Assembly: GCF_001194135.2 (NCBI RefSeq)
Contig: NC_068995.1
Span: 10,524,946 to 10,558,613, forward strand
Length of the DNA stretch: 33,668 bases
Direction of reading: 5' to 3'
Source: Octopus bimaculoides
Lineage: Eukaryota
Positions 32,350-33,668 of this stretch are shown one piece after another (positions within the stretch are counted from its first letter, which is position 1; each line of letters begins with the position of its first letter). A model generated the notes under the pieces. It saw nothing but the letters and a program-made list of their open reading frames with translations. It was not told where the DNA came from and did not search any database. A program made the translations under genes and the position numbers.

Positions 32350-33647
32350 GTGACAATGATGATGATGATGGTGATGAGGAAGACAATGACAACAGTGATG
32401 ACAACAATGACAGTGATGGTGATGACAATAATGACGATGACAATGATGAAGTGTGACGGCAGTGATGGTTGTGATGGATGATCATGGTTGATGATTATGA
32501 TGATCATCTGGACCGCGATGGCAGTAAGCTTACTCACTTGTCTATTGACCATTTATCATTTTCGATAAATTCCATGACCAACTTGAATGATTCATCAGAA
32601 CTGGACATATTCTGTAGGAAACAAAAAAATGAAAAATGTGTGTTTAGAAATAATACATGGACGCATAAACAAACAGAAATAGAGTAATCCGTCACCATAT
32701 CGCAGTTCACCTATCGTGGTTTATTATTTAAGCTTACATCGATTCCTCCGTGGTGTTGTTTTGCATTTATGATAAAATAAATATATACAAATTATAAAAA
32801 TAATTTTAAAACATATACATTACAGTACTGTTTCTATTTCACAGATTTGCACTTATTGGAAGGGGTTTTGGAACATAACACCTGCAATAGCAGAGGGATT
32901 ACTGTACACACACACATACACACACACACAGAGGCAAATACCTAGATGAATGAGTAAATGGATATATACAAAAATAAACAAATGTATAGAAATTTTTGTA
33001 CCTATAAAAATAAAGGCAATTGCTCTCAAATGTTTCACATTTGATTGATCTCTCATCAGAAGACAAAAGCTCTCACTAAATTCTAGTTTGAGTTTCATTT
33101 GAATAGCCATTTGTGGGCAAAAGAATCGAGAAGAACTTGTCCTTTGATGAGTGGTCAAAGAACCGTAAAATATTTCTGTGTTTGGGAGTACCATTCAACA
33201 TCACATGATGGGTGTGAATTAGCATCGTCACCATTATACAAGTGATGTTGTTCATTTCCAGAGGAACAGAAATAAGTGTCTGGCAGTAGGAGAGATACAT
33301 GGCTACCTCAGTTAGAGAGAGAGAGAAAGGGAGAGGAAGGAGACAAGGTGGTGAAGATGTCACAAGGCATGCATTCAGGTTACAGGGTGGTGCATTTAGT
33401 GAAGTGGACCAGGGATTGGACAGAGTGAGTGGGTGGGTAAGTCCCACGAGATTACGAAAGAAGAGTGGGAAATGGTGGAGGAGGAGGGGGGATGTAGTGC
33501 GTGGGCACAGGTAAGGGAAGCAGAGGCGAGGATGATATGTTGTAGAGAAGCGATGAAACAAAATAGAAATACTTACCCCCTTCAGTTGGTACTTATTGAG
33601 GCCAGTGAACTTCAATAAAAACAGGGCTTTTTCTTGGCAGGCTTGAA
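156..33647 (-). CDS. ZZEF1: ZZEF1-like gene (ZZ-type zinc finger and EF-hand domain protein 1), partial: 30 exons (w1-w30, numbered 5' to 3' within the window); the 5' part and probably the last exon lie outside
   Basis: Hand-built GT-AG exon chain with matching phases. The translation is collinear with the human ZZEF1 C-terminal half as I recall it: two ZZ fingers, KQWLLKDLE, ACQFLEE..RESKHNY, CSTEEGCDEL, GDSLYYNFTSD, LRPLWKL, QRALTELF..EN, EYLLAL. Confidence 0.93.
496..781 (+). mobile_element. family A retroposon (RTE-type 3' end with (GAT)n tail)
   Basis: ends ccaacccatgctagcatggaaagcggacgttaaac(gat)n; near-identical copies at 19640-19925, 23795-24026 and 30406-30660. Confidence 0.85.
801..978 (+). 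mobile_element. family A, shorter diverged copy
   Basis: gtaaaagcaccc...catgccagcatggaaa...(gat)n. Confidence 0.75.
1010..1168 (-). mobile_element. family E tRNA-like SINE head
   Basis: homologous to 14887-15042, 12030-12185, 20940-21050 and 28100-28250. Confidence 0.65.
1317..1479 (-). CDS. ZZEF1: exon w29, HPENKSLINLTLLRPLWKLY...QRALTELFLHTENLAV
   Basis: ctttcag acceptor, GTTTGT donor chosen by phase and homology, 163 nt. Confidence 0.9.
1664..1780 (-). CDS. ZZEF1: exon w28, SLPIKDIWAHLVHVACKQTHVKRLNTIFLLLRIL
   Basis: ttctgcag acceptor, GTACGT donor, 117 nt, phase 2-2; not in ORF track. Confidence 0.92.
1824..1980. repeat. 29-bp minisatellite, about 5.4 copies
   Basis: unit aatacaacattaaaaacaacatcaacaac. 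Confidence 0.95.
2655..2947 (+). mobile_element. family D tRNA-derived SINE
   Basis: B-box-like gagttcaattccc and core tcttgagcaagacactttatttcacgttgctccag; homologues at 5170-5421 and 16690-16840. Confidence 0.75.
3065..3206 (-). CDS. ZZEF1: exon w27, CUB-like C-terminal half, GDSLYYNFTSDSENTFWGYKFTV
   Basis: gttacag acceptor, GTAAGT donor, 142 nt, phase 1-2. Confidence 0.95.
3215..3600. repeat. degenerate minisatellite, unit about 33-35 bp
   Basis: recurring ggtagtgaagtcacattgtgacagagat. Confidence 0.85.
3601..3850. repeat. perfect 45-bp minisatellite with a 10-N gap (collapsed)
   Basis: unit agagagaaatgagaaagtacaggtaaggtaatgcaagaaagtgag. Confidence 0.95.
3963..4262 (-). mobile_element. 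family A copy
   Basis: (cat)n then ttttccatgctagcatggg...ggatgtccttcctc. Confidence 0.75.
4410..4797 (-). mobile_element. full-length family B tRNA-derived SINE, 388 bp, 14-bp TSD
   Basis: head with A box tggcccagtgg and B box ggtttcgattcc; aaggagtgtcatgt at 4396-4409 and 4798-4811. Confidence 0.92.
4949..5067 (-). CDS. ZZEF1: exon w26, CSTEEGCDELEFSTTPDFQ...FQVP
   Basis: tttccag acceptor, GTGAGG donor, 119 nt, phase 2-1. Confidence 0.95.
5170..5421 (-). mobile_element. family D SINE
   Basis: reverse complement of the 2655-2947 type. Confidence 0.75.
5602..6421. mobile_element. hAT/Charlie-like MITE interrupted by an RTE fragment
   Basis: ends caatggttctcaa / ttgagaaactctg; 8-bp flanks atctaggc / ctctagac. 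Confidence 0.7.
5725..6290 (-). mobile_element. RTE LINE 3' fragment
   Basis: 6212-6287 translates LKVDGTCGRGRPRKT*DEVVRSDL; family A tail at the left end. Confidence 0.8.
6505..6795 (-). mobile_element. SINE with family D head and family B tail
   Basis: head cgtggcttagtggttagggtg; tail shared with 4410-4600; same structure at 11815-12012. Confidence 0.7.
6815..7011 (-). CDS. ZZEF1: exon w25, AIENG...ACQFLEEDND..RESKHNYDNN..IHVPGASYLTVTFD
   Basis: caacag acceptor, GTAAGT donor, 197 nt, phase 0-2; not in ORF track. Confidence 0.94.
7205..7745. repeat. 17-bp minisatellite, about 30 degenerate copies, 10-N gap
   Basis: unit gtgttcacttgYWtcat. Confidence 0.92.
8195..8440 (-). mobile_element. 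family D-head SINE with a third tail type
   Basis: head and core as in D; tail cctgcgacagactagcatcccatccagg. Confidence 0.72.
8579..8918 (-). CDS. ZZEF1: exon w24, ...KKSAELLQKE...VLYSRQLLVSLLSAWP...
   Basis: ctcaag acceptor, GTATGT donor, 340 nt, phase 2-0. Confidence 0.92.
8930..9115. repeat. degenerate (AGAAT)n array
   Basis: gaata/gaatg pentamers directly upstream of the exon w24 acceptor. Confidence 0.8.
9454..9564 (-). CDS. ZZEF1: exon w23, SSTDPLTSSDDILPT...FKGIKEV
   Basis: ctctacag acceptor, GTGAGT donor, 111 nt, phase 2-2. Confidence 0.85.
9726..9831 (-). mobile_element. 106-bp element with 26-bp inverted ends and an internal hammerhead-like motif (Penelope-like remnant)
   Basis: arms 9726-9751 and 9806-9831 match 24/26; minus strand reads CTGATGA T GGCT taact GGCT GAAA CTTT. 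Confidence 0.55.
10085..10330 (+). mobile_element. chimeric SINE, family E head plus family B tail
   Basis: gtggtaagtagcttgct..ttcagtcccactg joined to tgtgtcacactgaatctccctgagaact. Confidence 0.65.
10460..10530 (-). CDS. ZZEF1: exon w22, HPFHQTDSFEVIVENFLSKKAED
   Basis: catttcag acceptor, GTCAGT donor, 71 nt, phase 0-2. Confidence 0.85.
10661..10852 (-). CDS. ZZEF1: exon w21, LLMLLQYMTK...LADLSDIENT
   Basis: poly-T then aag acceptor, GTAAGT donor, 192 nt, phase 0-0. Confidence 0.85.
11057..11277 (+). mobile_element. family C SINE with 18-bp TSD
   Basis: agatagtaccctactatc at 11039-11056 and 11278-11295; B-box-like gagttcaaattcc. Confidence 0.92.
11592..11782 (-). CDS. ZZEF1: exon w20, ...TWVMALLQKLLY...GTGLSKQWLLKDLE
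   Basis: gttgcag acceptor, GTTAGA donor, 191 nt, phase 1-0. Confidence 0.93.
12265..12379 (-). CDS. ZZEF1: exon w19, VDDDSFSVVNEG...CKIFK
   Basis: cttacag acceptor, GTAAGT donor, 115 nt, phase 0-1. Confidence 0.88.
12472..12888 (+). mobile_element. RTE LINE 3' fragment ending in the family A tail and (GAT)n
   Basis: 12497-12565 translates TVEGTCGRGRPRKTRDELVKHGV, the RTE ORF C-terminal motif. Confidence 0.82.
12954..13154. mobile_element. old hAT-like MITE
   Basis: caatggttctcaa / ttgagagctgttg ends; flanks acatatag / acatagag (7/8). Confidence 0.65.
13450..13810. repeat. degenerate (CACAC/CACTC)n array
   Basis: C/A-rich pentamers abutting the exon w18 donor. Confidence 0.85.
13822..13953 (-). 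CDS. ZZEF1: exon w18, IPSIGSLIHYSWNGQKEKPGIVLKTYCEKRQTLIADVVSKKVHC
   Basis: long pyrimidine tract with tttacag acceptor, GTAAGT donor, 132 nt, phase 0-0. Confidence 0.88.
14323..14376 (-). CDS. ZZEF1: exon w17, EGTPLVLFCMFVLTGFPH
   Basis: cttgcag acceptor, GTAAGT donor, 54 nt; resembles human VLVGFPQ. Confidence 0.88.
14519..14763. mobile_element. hAT-like MITE, 245 bp
   Basis: perfect 16-bp TIR caggggttttcaaact; perfect 8-bp TSD gtttaaat at 14511-14518 and 14764-14771. Confidence 0.92.
14887..15042 (-). mobile_element. family E SINE head
   Basis: minus strand aggcatggctgtgtggttaagaag...gttcagtcccactg. Confidence 0.72.
15197..15332 (-). CDS. ZZEF1: exon w16, GNTQQACTIACMIQKLNKTEQWNPVV...
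   Basis: atttcag acceptor, GTATGT donor, 136 nt, phase 2-0. Confidence 0.9.
15402..15963 (+). mobile_element. family B SINE split by a nested family C SINE
   Basis: colinear with 4410-4797 once 15643-15869 and one TSD copy are removed. Confidence 0.9.
15643..15869 (+). mobile_element. family C SINE nested in B
   Basis: TSD acactgtgtcacg at 15630-15642 and 15870-15882. Confidence 0.9.
16324..16445 (-). CDS. ZZEF1: exon w15, CADESIESL...FLLHQGACNVE
   Basis: ttctcag acceptor, GTGAGT donor, 122 nt, phase 0-2. Confidence 0.87.
16690..17105. mobile_element. family D tail (minus) fused to a headless family B body (plus)
   Basis: switch near 16842 from D-tail reverse complement to ctctggcagggggtgatagcaaaccc. 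Confidence 0.7.
17468..17549 (-). CDS. ZZEF1: exon w14, IDTNYDSTTRFMATGLLTRLLCRSSLK
   Basis: tttgcag acceptor, GTATAT donor, 82 nt, phase 2-0. Confidence 0.87.
17930..18172 (+). mobile_element. family A copy
   Basis: ttggcattaggaagggcatcc...catggaaagcagacattaaag(gat)n. Confidence 0.78.
18985..19061 (-). CDS. ZZEF1: exon w13, ITANKSENMSLETFTHFLKTMLKIS
   Basis: ttaccag acceptor, GTATGT donor, 77 nt, phase 0-2. Confidence 0.85.
19235..19580 (-). mobile_element. two tandem family C SINE copies
   Basis: repeated ggatgaaa(g)gcaaagtYaacc motif at about 19350 and 19540. Confidence 0.7.
19640..19925 (+). mobile_element. young family A copy
   Basis: closely matches 521-781. Confidence 0.85.
20064..20191 (-). 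CDS. ZZEF1: exon w12, EMNFLKEPLL...FKLLSLLGTLFSGNSKST
   Basis: gtttcag acceptor, GTATGC donor, 128 nt, phase 1-0. Confidence 0.88.
21348..21542 (-). CDS. ZZEF1: exon w11, ...ETYIQQHAWLLYSCLAL...CINMVLNDLL
   Basis: tgtgtag acceptor, GTGAGT donor, 195 nt, phase 1-1; resembles human YIHNYSWLLFAALAL. Confidence 0.92.
21738..21812 (-). mobile_element. tRNA-like head followed directly by (AAT)n
   Basis: ggcgtatggcatagtggttaagagc...gagttcgatcccggg with A and B boxes; imperfect cloverleaf. Confidence 0.7.
21877..21925 (+). ncRNA. degenerate minimal hammerhead-like motif (Penelope type)
   Basis: gatac CTGATGA A GGCTG..CAGCC AAAA TA TT gtgtt; stems I and II pair, but GAAACG has become AAAATA. Confidence 0.55.
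22479..22522 (-). CDS. ZZEF1: exon w10, HKTSHKVKIIPRLK (His ligands of ZZ2)
   Basis: attttag acceptor, GTAAGT donor, 44 nt, phase 2-1. Confidence 0.87.
23049..23159 (-). CDS. ZZEF1: exon w9, second ZZ finger, YHCDVCNGYIMGTRVQCVECSYHVCFGCYK
   Basis: tttacag acceptor, GTACGT donor, 111 nt, phase 2-2; three CxxC pairs; a different frame from the ORF track. Confidence 0.93.
23795..24026 (-). mobile_element. young family A copy running into the gap
   Basis: reverse complement of 19696-19925, about 90% identical by eye. Confidence 0.85.
24027..24963. other. assembly gap, 937 N
   Basis: N run. Confidence 1.
24990..25107 (-). mobile_element. family D SINE head
   Basis: matches 8322-8440. Confidence 0.75.
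25181..25322 (-). CDS. ZZEF1: exon w8, first ZZ finger, FECNSCQKIVHSHYKCLQCSALDFCASCITG
   Basis: gtttcag acceptor, GTTGGT donor, 142 nt, phase 0-1. Confidence 0.93.
25872..26375. other. assembly gap, 504 N, between family C fragments
   Basis: N run; flanks are family C minus-strand sequence. Confidence 1.
26490..26705 (-). mobile_element. family C SINE
   Basis: aaaggtaaagtcgacctcagtggaatttgaactc. Confidence 0.78.
26784..26932 (-). CDS. ZZEF1: exon w7, NMITKNCQVDYIDETEELEEY...GAEKK
   Basis: ctttgcag acceptor, GTAAGA donor, 149 nt, phase 1-0. Confidence 0.87.
27064..27296. repeat. (ATT)n arrays with a 101-N gap (27135-27235)
   Basis: direct reading. Confidence 0.95.
27298..27545 (+). mobile_element. 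family C SINE, (ATT)n tail type
   Basis: aaggtggcaagcagg head; aaatttcaggccttg...aaaggattattatt tail. Confidence 0.8.
27803..27866 (-). CDS. ZZEF1: exon w6, MNDLVFLTKTDLATFLFNMAK
   Basis: ttttcag acceptor, GTAAGT donor, 64 nt, phase 0-1. Confidence 0.87.
28779..28845 (-). CDS. ZZEF1: exon w5, VKNQAFNCYQAFLLHILDIHWQ
   Basis: atttcag acceptor, GTAAGG donor, 67 nt, phase 2-0. Confidence 0.88.
28913..29283 (+). mobile_element. Helentron-associated non-autonomous element (HINE/DINE-like)
   Basis: 5' stem-loop cctctgtc..ggcagagg, (TTTG)n microsatellite, 3' subTIR ggcggagg, terminal hairpin-like ctctctgaatgc, TT borders. Confidence 0.7.
29318..29555 (+). mobile_element. family C SINE, (ATT)n tail type
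   Basis: aaggcggcgaactggcagaa head; same tail as 27298. Confidence 0.85.
29781..29959 (-). CDS. ZZEF1: exon w4, IPIIVFLQELL...LDGCGLELENKIRDAFYKLV...
   Basis: T-rich tract with ggaag acceptor (first AG), GTGAGT donor, 179 nt, phase 0-2; LDGCG motif. Confidence 0.88.
30406..30660 (-). mobile_element. young family A copy
   Basis: catcatcgtttaacgtccgctttccatgctagcatggg. Confidence 0.85.
30959..31070 (-). CDS. ZZEF1: exon w3, VKKMLKERSEYAQVLGDIYNFICEF...ILQ
   Basis: pyrimidine tract with aattag acceptor, GTGAGA donor, 112 nt, phase 2-0. Confidence 0.85.
31520..31575. repeat. perfect 26-bp inverted repeat with a 4-nt loop
   Basis: attcttagatggagtcactgctataa ccga ttatagcagtgactccatctaagaat. Confidence 0.97.
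31576..31608 (+). ncRNA. minimal hammerhead-like motif with an intact catalytic core
   Basis: CTGAAGA A GGAAT ttt ATTCC GAAA TA TC; stem I has only 2 bp. Confidence 0.45.
32262..32505. repeat. (GAT/GAC/GGT)n trinucleotide array
   Basis: direct reading; lies just downstream of the exon w2 donor. Confidence 0.95.
32538..32611 (-). CDS. ZZEF1: exon w2, NMSSSDESFKLVMEFIENDKWSID
   Basis: cctacag acceptor, GTGAGT donor, 74 nt, phase 0-2. Confidence 0.85.
33577..33647 (-). CDS. ZZEF1: exon w1, QACQEKALFLLKFTGLNKYQLKG
   Basis: tctacag acceptor, GTAAGT donor, 71 nt, phase 1-0. Confidence 0.83.
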
Positions 33648-33668
33648 CTGTAGATAAAAATAAAACCC

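Noticed and set aside
32189-32552. Poly-Met, poly-Ser and poly-Ile ORFs
   Set aside because: Trinucleotide repeat artefacts.
33076-33615. 179-aa minus-strand ORF as a long exon
   Set aside because: Only its first part is exon w1; the rest crosses a GTAAGT donor into a pyrimidine-rich tract and its GTGAGA is out of phase.

Overview
This is AT-rich, repeat-dense animal genomic DNA with five N gaps. The SINE, RTE-tail and microsatellite families look like those of coleoid cephalopods, most likely Octopus (recognised from memory, not searched). The window holds the 3' part of one minus-strand gene, a ZZEF1 orthologue. I reconstructed 30 GT-AG exons by hand (3769 nt, about 1250 aa). They keep one reading frame except at one junction, 25181 to 23159, where a short exon is probably hidden in the 24027-24963 gap. 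The peptide contains two ZZ zinc fingers, a CUB-like domain (ESKHNY...GDSLYYNFTSD...WGYKFTV) and the conserved ZZEF1 C-terminus. Most supplied ORFs are artefacts of repeats or N runs. The introns contain tRNA-derived SINEs, RTE LINE 3' fragments, hAT-like and piggyBac-like MITEs, a Helentron-type HINE, minisatellites and hairpins. The most unusual observations are: (1) three Penelope-type minimal hammerhead-like motifs, two tied to inverted repeats and one with an intact core; (2) loss of the acidic N-terminus-binding residues in both ZZ fingers; (3) a possible intronic-polyadenylation C-terminal isoform; (4) near-identical inverted retroposon pairs bracketing exons. I see no evidence for a wholly new multi-gene system.
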